From: the human T2T-CHM13v2.0 reference genome, Homo sapiens
Length of the DNA stretch: 64,000 nucleotides
Reading direction: 5' to 3' (one strand)
NCBI RefSeq assembly: GCF_009914755.1
Contig: NC_060942.1
The notes under the pieces were generated by a model that was not told the origin of the DNA, searched no databases, and was given only the letters and a program-made list of their open reading frames with translations. Each line of letters begins with the position of its first letter. Position 1 is the stretch's first letter. The position numbers and the translations under genes were made by a program. This document shows positions 27,370 through 42,301 of this stretch, piece by piece.

Positions 27370-29807
27370 TAATTCTTGAGTTGTCTTTGTTAATTAGCAG
27401 GAGAGGGAGGCAGGAACGGAGGGAGGAGAGACAGATTTTAACAGCTGTTCTGCGTGAGCCCATTTTGGCCCCCAGATTCCCTCCATCCCCTAGTCTGTTC
27501 TCCTTTATGGAGTTCACTCCCCTCTAATCCCGTTTCTACCTAGGCTAACCCACCCAGGAGAGCTTTGAAATTTCAGTGGAGTCAACCACAATTCTACAGC
27601 CTTTGAGGAAAAGGCCTAATAATGACGATAGCCTACAGATGCAAAGCTCCTCCTGGGAGCACAAGGTCTTGCACCTCTTCGTGTCCCTTGAGGTCCCATT
27701 CACAGGGACCGGCTGCAGGCCCAGGAGTGATTTGCCCGAGGGACTGGGCTGGGAGTCAAACCAACATGTGTGGACTCCAGAACTTTTGACTCTTCAGCTA
27801 GCTTTGTCTTTGGCACCTTCCATCTGTGTCCTGGGCCACATCTTCCTGGCTTCAGTTGTTTCTTTCTCTATCTGGCACTCAGGGCTCCCAAGCTGAAGGT
27901 CCTGATGCTTCAGCATGAGCCAAAGCATTCCCACCTGAGAGAGACCAGGAAGGAAGGACAAAACGAGGACCCATGGAGGACACCAGGCAGTGTGGCCCCT
28001 GCACCCACCCCACTAGCTGGACAGGCTACTCAGCATTGGTGACCCCTGCCTGCCTCCAGGTCCCTTTCCATTCTTGGTGACCCCAGGCAGAGCCCCCAAA
28101 GCCAGTATGCTCGCCAAAGCCCCATGCAGTTGGCTAGAGCCCAAGCCCTCCTTTTCTGCAGCGACTCCACCGGGCTGGGCTGGGGCTCGAGCTTGGCCAC
28201 TTTCCTGGGCCGCTGCTGTATCGATTATTTTGGCTCCCTTTTTGCTGGGGATATCAATTTAGTGGGTTCCCAGGATGGCTGTGTTTTAACCTCTCACCCT
28301 GGTCTAGACTCTGTCGGCTCCCGCTGTCCCTGGGCCAGGAGGAGATGGAGGGCCCCGGGTCTCTCGGGCAAGCTCTGGAGCCGGAGGATTTCCAGGAACA
28401 GAGGCTGGGATCGCCTGGCGGCTCCACAGCCCCGCCAACCTGCCTCCCTTCAAACCGGCCGGTGAATTATTAAAGATGCAATTTCCTTTCATCTTTCCAG
28501 TAAAATCGCTCCCTGTGCCATGATCCACTGCTTTCCTGTCACTGGCCAGGCAGGGGCCTTGGCAGGACCCTCATCCACTCTATTCCCTCCCGGTGCCTGA
28601 GCCCTCCTAGGAGTCTGGACAGGACTGGCCCCTTCCTAAAAGGGTCCAGGAGTCTTAAGGTATCTGGGTGGGGCAGAGGAGACTTGGAATTGTAGAATAT
28701 CGGAGCCCACCATTTCACAGCTGAAGGAAGACGAGCCCAGAGTGGGCGAACAACCAGCCCAGAGTAGCACAGCAAGCAGTTGGCAGAGCTGGACTGGAAC
28801 TCAGGCCCAGTCTCCCGGGGTGGGGATACCCCTACTCCTGCACCGGAGCAACCCTGGGACTCCCAGCGCTGTCCCCTATGATGGCCCCCGAGACCCAGGC
28901 ACCGGGGCGAGGACGTTGGGTCAATCTGCTGCTGGATCGATCAGTTTTCGGGGTGATTTACAGTCTTTGCCCGTTATTTACCATCTAGTCTCCATCTCTG
29001 CAGCAGCGAGTTAGCCGAATGTAAAATCACAGTGATTACTGCCCTCTTGTCAGTATTCATTGTTTCAGGTTTATCAGTTACTACTGGTGATCATCACAGA
29101 GAGGCTAGCGAGAGGGAGCCCAGTGTCATCCTGGCCAAATCGCTGGTCATGGTGCCTGAAGTTCTCCCTCTCAAAGCCTTGCTCCAAACCGGCCTTCTCC
29201 AGAAACCCCTTCCTTGAGTGGCCCCTAGAAGAGTTCAGATGCTCCACTTCCTCTTTTGCTCATCCAAGCTCCGCTGTGGCAGGGGCATTTGGAAAGCATC
29301 TGGGGTCTTCTGCAGATGTTTTGGCAGCCTTGGAGACATCGTGCCCTGTGCCCAGCCCTGGCCAGCTGCTCTGGAGGCACCACATGACCACGGTGTCTCG
29401 GTCCAGGGCTCGAGGTCTGCCCAGGGTTCCCAGCCAGAGGGAACCCAGAGGGATCCTCAGACTGCAGCTCCTTCCCAGGTTGGCTGCAGCCCCCAGGCCA
29501 GGCTGCAGGGGAAGAGCCGGCCATCAGTGCTTTTCTCCATAACAGGACAGAAAGCCGCTGCGGAGCAAAGGTGCCTCCAGGGACAGACAGGGAAAAGCTT
29601 GCGGGAGACAGCCACCCTCACTGGCCCCTCCTGTGGCGGGAACAAGCTCCACAGGCCTGCTAAGATCACCAGACCCTGACTCGAGCTGTGAGCCAGTTCA
29701 TTGCCTACTGCCCACAGCTCACCGCAGCCAAGCCCAGCCTGGCCGTGACCCCTAACGCTACCCACACCAGCTTCACATCCTGACGTTTTCTGACCCCTCT
29801 CCCAAAA

Positions 29808-29939
29808 ACCTCCTTGCTTCCCTCTGGCCTCTGAAACAGAGAACCTCCTTGCTTCTCTCTGGCCTCTGAAACAGGGTACCTCCTTGCTTCCCTCTGGCCT
29901 CTGAAACAGGAGACCTCCTTGCTTCCCTCTGGCCTCTGA
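29808..29939. repeat. 35-bp tandem repeat, ~3.8 copies
   Basis: acctccttgcttc(c/t)ctctggcctctga starts at 29808, 29843, 29878 and 29913. Confidence 0.95.
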
Positions 29940-30370
29940 CACCCCCCTGTGCTTGGGTCCTTCCACCCGAGTGAGGGGCAGTACGGTATTGTGGTCAGTA
30001 GGCCAGGCTCCAAAGCCACACACCTGGCCTCCACCCCTCCCAGGCCATGTGGTGTGACTGCAGACAAGTCATTTAACCTCCCTGTGCCTCTATTTTCTCA
30101 TCTGTAAAATGGGGGTGATGGCAAGAAAAGTAGTAGCCACTTCAGAGGGTCGTTGTAAATATTAAATGAGCTACTTCTGTAAACAGTTATAGAAAACGAA
30201 AACTACTCTGTAACATCAGAAAGCAGGTCAGTGGTTGCCTGAGGACAAAAGGAAGGGTCCGGATGGAGAAATTACCAAGGGTTCCGAGGAAACGTTGAGG
30301 GGCAATGGGTTTGTTCGTTATCTTATTTGTAGTGATGATTTCGTGGGTACATACATGTATCAAAACATAG

Positions 30371-30681
<311 letters not shown>

Positions 30682-31174
30682 CAACAGCACTGTTTAAATT
30701 ATCGTGTGAGGTAATATGCGGAAGTCACTCAGTAGGCATCAGGCACACAGTGAGAGCTACATCAATATTAAATGCTGGTGTTACTCTCTCATGTCCCCTG
30801 CCACCAACCCCCACCCCTGCTCTCTTCATCATTAGCCCCTCAGGGTTTCAAAAGCTCATATGGGCTCAAGGCAGCCCACTCCGTGTCTTGCTAACCGTGT
30901 GTGTACATGTTATCAAAATCTGGAAACTGCCGAAATTATACCCCTGATGGCAGGAACTCAGCTAGAATCTCAACATATGTCCCCACAGCTGCTTCTTCAG
31001 GAGCAACTGCTGAATAGCCACTGTCCCATCCCTGCCCCTCTTACCCCCCAGGACCAACCTCACCACAACTGCCCACATCTAGGAACTACAGGGTTAAAGG
31101 CGGGCACAGCTTGGCAGGGGTGGCCTCTGGGGTCCTGTTCCAGCTCAGTTCTCATAGTTGGTGCTGAGTGCTAA

Positions 31175-31319
31175 TTTTTTGTTTGTTTGTTTGTTTGTTG
31201 GAGAGGCGAGGGCTCCCTATGTTGCCCAGGCTTGTCTTGGACTCCTGGCCTCAAGCAATCCTCTCACCTCAGCCTCCCAAAGCGCTGGCATTATGGGTTT
31301 GAGCCACTGTGCCCAGACC
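31175..31319 (-). mobile_element. FLAM / Alu left monomer
   Basis: (TTTG)n tail plus a single left arm. Confidence 0.8.
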
Positions 31320-33214
31320 TAAATATTTTAAATATCATCCTGTCTTAGGCCACCTTTGCCCATGACCCAGCTACATTGATGGGGCAACCATGGCAGCATC
31401 ATGTCAGGACCTTCTCCAAGTCCAGACACCCGGCAATGTGGCTTTCCCTGAGCCCAGCCACAGCAGGGAATACTCAGCCCCAGAGGACATTAGAGTCTCT
31501 CAGGGACTACCCTGGCCAAGGACCTTCCAGGAACACAATCCCTCCCACTCCTGTCACCCCTACCTCCCCCCGGAGCCATGGTGGGCTCAGGGGAGGCTTC
31601 TGGTCTGGGGGTTGGAGGATGTGCACTAAGTGAGTCATGTCACAGCTGGACATAAAATTACAATTTGGTTTTCTTGACTTTTCTTAAACATTTTCTCCCT
31701 CTTAAACTCCTCTAAGTTCTGAGACAGAATTATTGAACTCAACTGGGGTTGGGTGACAAGGAGGGTCTGGCCCCTGACTCCCTGTCAAAGGCTGTGCCCA
31801 GGGCCAGGCTAGGTCAGAGGACCTGTGGGATGAAGGGGCAGGACGGTGGCTCACAGCGCAGCGGGGTGGGCGAGGCCAGCAAGGTCTGCTACACTCTGTG
31901 TAGGAAGTGACCTTGTCAGGGCTGACCAGTGGGGAACAATACTGAGAAAGGCGGAGCCAGGAAGCCACCCGGTCACCTCAGGAACCCTGAGGTGGACGCA
32001 GAGGCCAAGGTCAGACTCCAGGTCTGCAGGAGCACCCCCGAACCTGGTCATGAACGGGTGTGAGCCTGTGTGTGAGAGAAAGAGAAAACAAATGTGCACA
32101 CGACAGGGAATTTGGTGTGTGAGACAAGAGAGTGCTCGTGTTTTTGAGAGTGTGCGTCTAAGAAAAAAAAAATTGTAAGGATTTTGTGTGTGGGGTAGAA
32201 TATGTACACGGAGAGACCTTTCTGATTCTGAGAGGATGTTCTTGTAGGTGGACTTGCTGATTCCGAAACTAAACAAGAATCTCCTCATCCTCAGGCCGGG
32301 GGCACCCAGGGCAGCCTGAGCAGGGAGAAGTTGCCCCGGCAGCCTCCTGTCTCCTTTCGAGGGACTGGTGGCGCCTTCCTGCCCCCTCCAACATGGACTC
32401 AGGGTCTTCGCTTCAAAGTGCTGAGCCGGGGCCTGGGAATTCCCACACACCCACCCCCGCCACCCCTGCCTCACCTGGCGGTTGCCTCAGAACCAGAAGC
32501 CACACAAATATGCCGCCGAGCCGGTGGGGCGGCTTTCCTGTCAGCGGCTGCCCTGAGAGGGCCAGATCTCCATTATTCATGGTCCTTCGGTGAGTGACAC
32601 CCACCCCCTAACCTTGAGGGATTTTCGAGAATGCTGGCTGGAGGGCTCTGGGTACCCTGCTCAGGCTGGAAAAGGCTTCCCCTTCACACACTGGCTGGTT
32701 TCTCCAGTCGGCCCCCAACAAGCTGTGGGTGGCTTCAGGAAGCCCCTCCCTGGCCAGGCGAGGTAATGTTGGGAGACCGACAAGGCAACCAAACCCTATG
32801 CCCAAGATTCTTGACCTTTTGGGGAGGTCCCAGACCTCTCTGAGAGTCTGAGAAATTGAATAGATCCTTTCTCTAGAAAAATTCTCTACAAATTTTTACT
32901 GTAATGTCAGAAGCTTTTGAGTCCATTCCTCAGTTCCATATGGGTCCTCAGACCTTGGTTAAGGGCAATGGAACCCCCAACACCAAAGCGCTGAAATTGC
33001 CAAAATTATAGCCCTGGCAGCAGGAAACTCCACTAGAATCTCAACACATAGAAGATACTGGGAACATTCTGGTGAATGAACGTGTTCCCCACCAGCTGTG
33101 ATGTGAGTGGTGAGCAGGCAGGACTCCCTGGAGTCTGGCCTCCACCACAAACAACTTTGGGACTTGAAGCTTTATTTATTCACTCAATGCTTCTTTTTGG
33201 TTTTGATTTTGGTT

Positions 33215-33404
33215 GGGTTGTTTTTGTTTTTGTGTTTTGTTTTTCTGGGATGGGAATCTCACGATGTTGCCCAGGCTGGAGTGCAGTGGCTATTCACAGA
33301 TGTGACCACAGCACACTACAGCCTCGAACTCCTGGGCTTCAGCCATCCTCCCGGCTTAGCCTCCTGAGTGGCTGGGATTACAGGCTGCACTACCACACCT
33401 GGCT
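33215..33404 (-). mobile_element. Old Alu monomer (FRAM/FAM-like)
   Basis: T-rich tail, gttgcccaggctggagtgcagtggc..cacactacagcctcgaactcctgggc. Confidence 0.75.
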
Positions 33405-34902
33405 TCAGTGGTTGTTACTGCCTACAGACTTTGTGCCAGGCATGGCCATATGATGAGGATATAAAATAGATGTATAGACACATTTTCTGCCTTCATGTTG
33501 CTTATAGTCTAGGGTGAACGAGAAAATTAATTGAACACCTAAGTACATATGTAATTCTATGAAGTGGCCAGGGATTATGACTAAACCCCTAGGGCTTCAG
33601 TTTCCTCATCTATAAAATGAAGATAACTATAGTTACTTGCTAGTCTTTCTATGAGGATGAAATGAGACCACTTATGTTAAGCACTGAGCGTGGAGCCTGC
33701 ACAAGAGGGAGCTACAGAAGGCATGGCGTGTGAGTGAGGCTGGTCAGCAGACAGAAGTGAGCCTGGCCACTCTGTGATGGCAGAGCCTTGGCAAAAACCA
33801 GGCCACTACCATCTTGACCAGCCTGGATGCTGGGGCTGGAAGGGTAGCCATTTTAGAGGCAGCCTCCAGGCCATGAACATCACTAGGCAGCAGCCAAGCC
33901 CTGTATGAATGGGGAGCAAGTGGTCAGAGTAGGAGGAGGCCAAAGCTGACCCTTTGAATGGCCAAGTTGAAGCAGGGGACTGGAATGACTTCTCAGCAGG
34001 GGTGGGTTTTAAGATCTGTGCCAATTTCTACTTCTGGCTACAGTAGACTAGCTTATATATCACACCAACTTTGCCACCAACCGAAAAAAGAGATAAAATA
34101 CATTTTTAAAATTTGAATCTAGAAAGATGAGCTTAACATTTGGCCCTACTTTTCCCCTAAGCAGTAGCATGAAGTTCAGAATGTGAGCAGGAAGTGGAGA
34201 CTGAGGTTTTTGCAACCTCCTGGAGTTAGAGAAAGAGGAAAGGGGAGAACTCAAGCATCTCCAAGTGGAGAGATGGCTTGTTTAGAAAAAAAAAAAACTG
34301 TCAGTTAGGACCCTTGAAGCACAAATCAGAAATAGGTCAGCCCTCACAAAGGTTGAAGTGCAGCTTCAAACAAACTTAATCCCACATGGGATTAAAGTGC
34401 GCTGCCTCTACTCTATCTCCCTTCCAGAGTCAAGAGTAAATCCTCTCTGGATTATTCAGAGCCTCAAATTATCTCTACAATCCTTCCATATACCATGTCT
34501 GGAAGTCAATAACATTTACCAGGCATGACAGGAGATAAGATCATATGACTGAAACTAAGAGGTGGAAAAAAAACACAGCTAATAGGAATAAACCTGAAGG
34601 AGATCCAGATATTATTATTTAAAATAGCAGACTTTAAAATAATTGTGATTGATATGTTCAAAAAAATTGGAGAGATAAATAATTTAAGGAGAACTGGAAA
34701 CTCCTAAAGGTTATCAAATGGAAGTTCTAGGCAAATACAAAATACTACAAAAAATAATCATCATCATAATTAACAAGCAATGAATGGGTTTAACAGCAGA
34801 TTAGATGTCACTAATAGAAGATTAGTGAACTGGAAAACAGGTCAGTATAAAATATTGAGCAATGAAGCACAATGAGAAAATCTGATAAAAAATAAAATCA
34901 GG

Positions 34903-35214
<312 letters not shown>

Positions 35215-35293
35215 ATCCGGGCACAAAAAGAGAATAACATTTTTAAATCCCTTAATTTACCCCCATAAAACACGGTATAAATGGTTTTGTATG

Positions 35294-35587
35294 GGGTGGG
35301 TGCGATGGCTTACACCTGTAATCCCAGCATTTTGGGAGGCTGAGGCAGGCTGATCACTTGAGCCCAGGGGTTCAAGACTAGTCTGGGCTCACTTGTCTCT
35401 ACAAAAAACATAAAAATTAGCCAAGCATGGTGGTGTATGCCTGTAGTCCAGCTACTTGGAAGGCTAAGGTGGAAGGATCACCTAAGCCTAGGAGGTCAAG
35501 GCTGCAGTGAGCATGACTGTGCCACTGCACTCTAGCCTGGGCAACAGAGTAAGACCCTATCCAAAAATAAAATAAAGTAAAGTAAAA
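35294..35587 (+). mobile_element. Alu (J-type)
   Basis: Diverged dimer with tail. Confidence 0.88.
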
Positions 35588-36390
35588 GGTTTCATATGTA
35601 CAATATAGTATAGTGTTTGTATGTGAGCATAATATGGGATAATGGACAGTATGTAATAAAGACTACATATGCAAATTTACTTATGGCATTATTACATTAA
35701 AAATAAGGAGCTGGAAGTTTCATGCATTAAATGTAAATTTGATGAGACTCCATGGTGTATGAGACTCAGGGAGAGAATGGGCTTTGGAGGCCACTGCCCT
35801 GATCTGAAACGTGAGTAGGAGCCTCTGAGTAGTGGATTCTTCCTCATGCTCCTTGATCCACGGCACATGGGTGATCTCCCATTCCCCGCTGTGGCTCTCA
35901 CCCCACTGACTGCTATGATCAGGCCCTGGCCTTCTTTCCATTCCTTAACCTGCTAATCTCTTTCCTGCTTCAAGGCCTTTTTACACACTGTTCCATGTGC
36001 CTGGATGCACTTGTCCATGCCCTTCTCACACCTACTTCTGCTCAGCCCTCAGGTCTCAGTTTATGTATCGCACCCTGTGTTTAGTGTATCCCCCCTTCAC
36101 AGCAATGACTACATTAAGCAGTAATTTTATTTGTTTGTTTCCTTATCTCTCTTCTATGAATTGCCTCTGCTACTTAAAACAGCTCCTATAGAGCCCCGAA
36201 TATTATCATCACCATTAGTTTGAGACTAGAAGTGCCAACACTCAGTCATTCACTCGCAAAATGCTTGTTGAGCATGTACTCTGTGCCAGGCGAGGTGAAG
36301 ACACTGGGGCTACAGGAGGAACAAAACAGACAAACATTCTACTCTCATAGATCTGGAAGAGACAGACATAAACAAACATTAGACTTGTCA

Positions 36391-36756
<366 letters not shown>

Positions 36757-39677
36757 GGAGAGGTGCCACTTTATATGGAAGAGCCATCAAGACCTTGCCT
36801 ATAAGGGGGCATTTAAGCAAAATGTTGATGGAAAGGATAATCCTAGCCATGAGGATTTCTGAGGGAGGAGCCTTCTGGAGCTTCAGAAGGGGATTTGTTA
36901 TGCTTGGAAAAGTAGGAGATTGTGTTTGTGTTGATTTGGTTTCCAAAACAAATTGTCTCTTGTGATTTAATAATATAAATCAAAAGCCTTAAAATATGTG
37001 TACTCTTTGACCTACAAGTCCACTTAGGAATTCAGCCACAGGGAAAACAATGTACACATATATTTATGTATAAGGATATTGACTAAATAGGGAAGATAAA
37101 AAATATGGAAAGAATACAGATGTCCAACATTAAGGAAGTGGTTAAGTAAATTAAGATCATCCATACAATGGAACACTGTGCAATTATTAAAAAGATTTAG
37201 AAGAATATCTGAAGATGTAGGAAAATGTTCATCACCAATTGTTAGATAGTGATCTGTATCTATCCAAGTATCATTTCGAGAAGAAAAAATATATGTGTAG
37301 GAAACTTCAAATGCATACACATCAAAAGTTGACAGCAGTTATTAACAAGTGATAGAATTATGGTTAATTTCTGCCTTTTCTTTCTTTATGCTTTTCCATT
37401 GTCAGAAGTTTTTGTATTGAGTGCATACCTTGTTAACGTTGTAATTTTAAAATATTACTTAGTAAAGCTAACTGTCCCTAATATATATTCATTTATGCAC
37501 GAAGAGGTATGTATTGAGTGCCTATTTGGTGCCAGGTGCCAGGATAATAATTTTCTAGTGATAATGAACAAGTAAATAAACCCACTAAGCCACTCTCATC
37601 CTTTGATAAGTGCCAGGAATGGGCCTGGGGGAAGGGGTGAAGGTCTGCAGGCTTCCACTTGGATGGTGGAAAGACAGAGGCTCCAGGGAGTTGTGAGGGT
37701 ATTCTGGAGGCCAGAGAAGGAAGCTGTGCTTCCCTTTCCTGGGTGAAGTCAGAGGCCTGGCCAACAGTGAGTGGCAGGGGGTGAGAGGTTTCAGGAAAGT
37801 GTGAAGCCTTGAGGGACAGCAGATCCCTGCCACGCACACCAGCCTTGCCAGGCAGCAAGGACCCCACTTCGAGGTTGTGATCATGCACAGAAGGGGACCC
37901 GATCAGCCCGGCCACAGGGGTTTCTCCAGCAAAGTTCAGCTCTTGGGGGAAATAGCTGAGTTCAACTAAGGTTGAGATTCCCCAAATAGACACAGGAGAA
38001 GGAGGAAAGAGGAGCCAAAAATGGTGAGGCTGGAAAACTGTCACGACTGAAAGTCAATGTCTAGAGTTAGAGACCTGGGAAGGAAGGAGGGGTGGTCAGA
38101 GAAAGAGAAGCTTGACATCAGGGTTCAGAGGTGGTGCAGTTTCTGGTGGTGATGAGGGTACGGTATGACCCTGGGACTGTGTGACAGGATGAGGTGGCCA
38201 GAAGTGAGGTCGCCAAGGGACTGAGACATGGACAGTAGTCCCCTATGTGGAAAGTCCCAAGATGCTAGTGACAGAGCCAGCCTCCCAAGAGATGGAGGAG
38301 AGTGGCCAGGAAGTTAGGAAGTAACAGCAAGGAGGGGACAGAGAGAGTGTGTGGCCTGGGGCAGGGTGGTGGGTGAGCTTCGGAAAGAGCTGGGGGTTCC
38401 AAAAAAAGAGGGAGGAGAGATGCTGGAAGTACCAGTGGGAGCAGAAATGGCACCCAACCACGTGTTGGTTCTGAGATAGATGCAGAGTAGAGAAAACCAA
38501 CCTCCACTGGGAAGGTTTCAGGGAAAGCACTGTCCTCGAGGGAGCGCCTCGGGTGAACACCCAGCACCATGGAGGCGAGCCACAGGGCCTTGGGGGCCAC
38601 CGAGACCAAAGAAGAACTTAAGTTCTGCAACAGACTCAGAGAGATCCGCCCCAGGGCACAGCACCCAGGCCTCCTGCCTTCCAGTAGGGGCTCTCAGCCC
38701 TGCCTCCCAGGAGGAGAAGAGGCATGGCGGAGCGGGGGGGCCTTCTGCCTGACTCCAGAGGCACTGCTGGACCCCACAGAGGCTGAGCATGGCCTCCTGA
38801 CTCACTGGCCCTAGATGACAGAACATTCCCTTTCCCAAACATTCCATTGTGTTTTAATGCAGTGCTGGACTTGTTAAAAGAGTAAATTTAGCTTTTATGG
38901 GAAGAGGCAGCCGGGCTTGGTCAGGGAGGCTAAGGCGGGCCAGGGGTGCCATGGCAACCCCCAGCCTCCCAAGATGGGCCTGAGAAGACGCCTCCTGGCC
39001 CCGGCACCTCCCCACTTTCCTTACCTGCCACCACCTTCCCTTGCCACCTCTCATCGTCCCTGTGAGAGGTGAAGGCAGGATGGGGTGAGGGAGAGGGGCT
39101 GGCAGGGAGAACAGGAACCCCAGGTCCCACCAGCAGTGAGACTGCATGAGGACAGCCCACTGCTCCTCCCTGGGCCTCATCTGTGAAGCGGGTAAAATTC
39201 AGGGAAGAATACTTTGCTCAGAGGGTGTTGTGAGGCCTTCAAGAAATGCTCACCCCCTTCACATACCCTAAAGGGCAGACCAGACAAAAGCAGGGCTGAG
39301 ACTCCCAACAGAGCAGGGAGAAGAGGACCCGATGAAGTCCCAGGCCCCGGGCAGCCGCGGGGGAGCGTGGGTAGGTAGGATGCTCTTTTGTCCATGGTGA
39401 GTGTCCTCCTGACTCCAGCACTCCTTGGTTTGCTCAGTCCTGATTCTAGGGCCAGTCAGGGCTCAGCATGAGGGGCCCAAGAGTCCTAGGATTCCAGAGC
39501 CTCAGAGGGAGCTCAGAGGAGTGTTACGTGTTAGCCAGGGTGCCCAGATGCCCCCACAAGATGGGATCATGCATGCAAGGATTTTGTTAGGGGAAACTAG
39601 GTAAAAGAATATGGGGAAGGAGATGGCAAAGTCTGGGTGAGCCCTTACAGCTGGGGGCACATGGGGCCTGAAAGTTA

Positions 39678-40055
<378 letters not shown>

Positions 40056-41994
40056 CTAGACCGCTGAGATCTAAGGAAGGTGGGCAAGTCCACCTAGAGT
40101 CATTGAGCCAAAGCCAGCCCCTGGGAGTCTGGTGTTTTCCAGCAACCAGCCTGCCTCAGTGTCCCTGCCAGGCTGAACAGCAGCCTGTGGGCTGGGATCA
40201 GCCTGCAGGACACACAGCCAGGGGGCCCCTCAATCAGTTCTGTTCCCGTGCTTAGTCAGAAGATGCCCATCCAACATCTCCTCCTTTTCCTGCAGGGCCA
40301 CAGGCAGCAAGATCAGCCTCTCTGTGCCTCCCTTTCCTTGGCAACAAGGCACCCACCTCAGAGGGAAGGAGTGAGGAGTCTGTCACTACTAGCGGAGAGC
40401 AACTCACAGGGCCTAGTTAGTAGGTTTGCACGTGGGGGGTCCCCCTTACTCCTGAGGTTGACACACACAGGAGTTCTCAACTAGGGAAAGAAACGAGCCC
40501 CTGCATCTGCTGCTGCTGGCAGGGGGACACACAGACCTCTCCCCTTCTCCCATCTCTTCTCCTCCTTTCTTACTACCCCTCTTCACCATTTCCTATCAGA
40601 GCATCTCCCAGACTGGCAGCCACCTCCTCTGGGAAGCCTTCCTGGCCTTCAGCCACACAGCCCTCTCCCTCCTTGGAATCCCACCACCCAGGAAGGTACC
40701 TCAGTGGTTTCAATGCCTCATCCCTGCTCAGCGTTGAGCTCCTGAGAGGCCTGTCCTGCCTTCTACCTCCCTGAGCACTGGCAGAGCACACAGAAGTCCC
40801 TGGATTGATGGGCAAGTCCTCGGAATGCCAAGCCAGCCATTGGGCACAGCCTGCTGCGGTGGGGGCAGGGAGAGATTATTTATAGGCCCTGATTCTATTA
40901 ATTAAGTTCATTGCCTGCCTCGTCTGCTTCCTGAGCCTGTGTAAGTGTTCCAGTCTGCCCTTTGTACGCACATGACCTCAGAGCAGGTGAGCAGGACTGG
41001 AAGGTGAACTGAGGGCCAGGCGCTTAACCCAACTAGCGGCATCTCCAGGCCGCGACATCAGGCGTAGGGACTCGACTCTCCCACCTGAGGTCATGAGGCC
41101 TGGGGAGACAGGCCCCACCTCTCTAAAACATCTGCCCTTGCCGGAATGAGATGAGGGTTAGGCTGCTGGACAGTGGGCCCTACTTTCAGGATGAGGTGAG
41201 AACCCCACCTCTCCCATCCTCTTCCTGTGGGAATAGGGCCAGGGCACACGCATGGTGCTCCTGGAGCAGAGGGCCCCAGGGGAGCCCTTCCTCCCCCACA
41301 AGGAGCCGCAGGCCTGGGCTACAGGGACAGCACCTCATGCTTTGTAGTTCCTTTTCACATCTGTCACCATGCAGGCCCTGAGACACTCCTGGGAGAAGGA
41401 GACAATACTATTGTTCCCACAGTGCAGAAAAGGAAGCCGGAGCGCAGAGAGGGGAAGTGTTTAATCCAAAGGCACAGTTACTAGGAGATTTGCACCAAGC
41501 TTGGAATCCTAGGCTCCTTCTGCTGCCCGCCACCTGCCGGGAGAGGCAGGACGGGGCTGCTCGCCGGCACCCCTTTCCCTCCCGGCAGCCCCGCACGCAC
41601 GGCTTTCCTCTGGGCCTGTTTCCTCAGGTGTGAAATGCTGGTGGCAGCACCTACCTTACAGGCATGCTGTGAGGCTGGCACAGAGGGGGCTGTCATAGAG
41701 AGGGACATCCGCACCTTCCCAGTAAGAAGACCTCTCTCCGCCCCCCTTCTCCTGAGAAGCTCTGTCCTCCCCTCAGCCTGTCCAGCCCCCCAGCAAGGGG
41801 TCAAGTCCTGGGCTGCAGGGTGGAAGTAGAGCTGTTCTTCCAGCAACCCCATCACCCAGCTAGGAACCCCCAGCACACACACAGGCGTGTTTGAGCACAC
41901 TAGCTGCATTCAGGGCTGCTGAACAGGTGTGGCCCACAATTGAACGTGTGCTGAGCCCTTTGTTCCATGTTCTGGGGAGAATCAGGTTCACAAC

Positions 41995-42301
41995 TGTCTT
42001 AGCCCCTTGTGTGCTGCTGTCACAGAACACCTGGGAGTAGGGGATTTATAAGGAACAGAAACGTGTCCTCACAGTTCTGGAGACTGGGAAGTCCAAGATC
42101 AAGGTGCTGGCGGGTTAGGGCCTGGTTTCTCTGCTCCCAAGACGGTGCCTTGAACACTGCATCATCTGGAGGGGAGGAATGCCGTGTCCTCACATGGCAG
42201 AAGAGCAGAAGAGAGGGGGAGCCCACTCCCACAAGCCCTTTTTATAGCGGCATTAATAACACATGAGTTTTGGAGGCGGCAAAAACATTCAAACCATGGC
42301 A
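41995..42301 (-). mobile_element. MaLR solo LTR (MST-like)
   Basis: tgtcttagcc..ctcacagttctggagactgggaagtccaagatcaagg..aaacattcaaaccatggca. Confidence 0.85.

Noticed and set aside
29808-29939. CRISPR-sized (35-bp) repeats
   Set aside because: Head-to-tail tandem repeat with only ~3 variable nt; no spacers.
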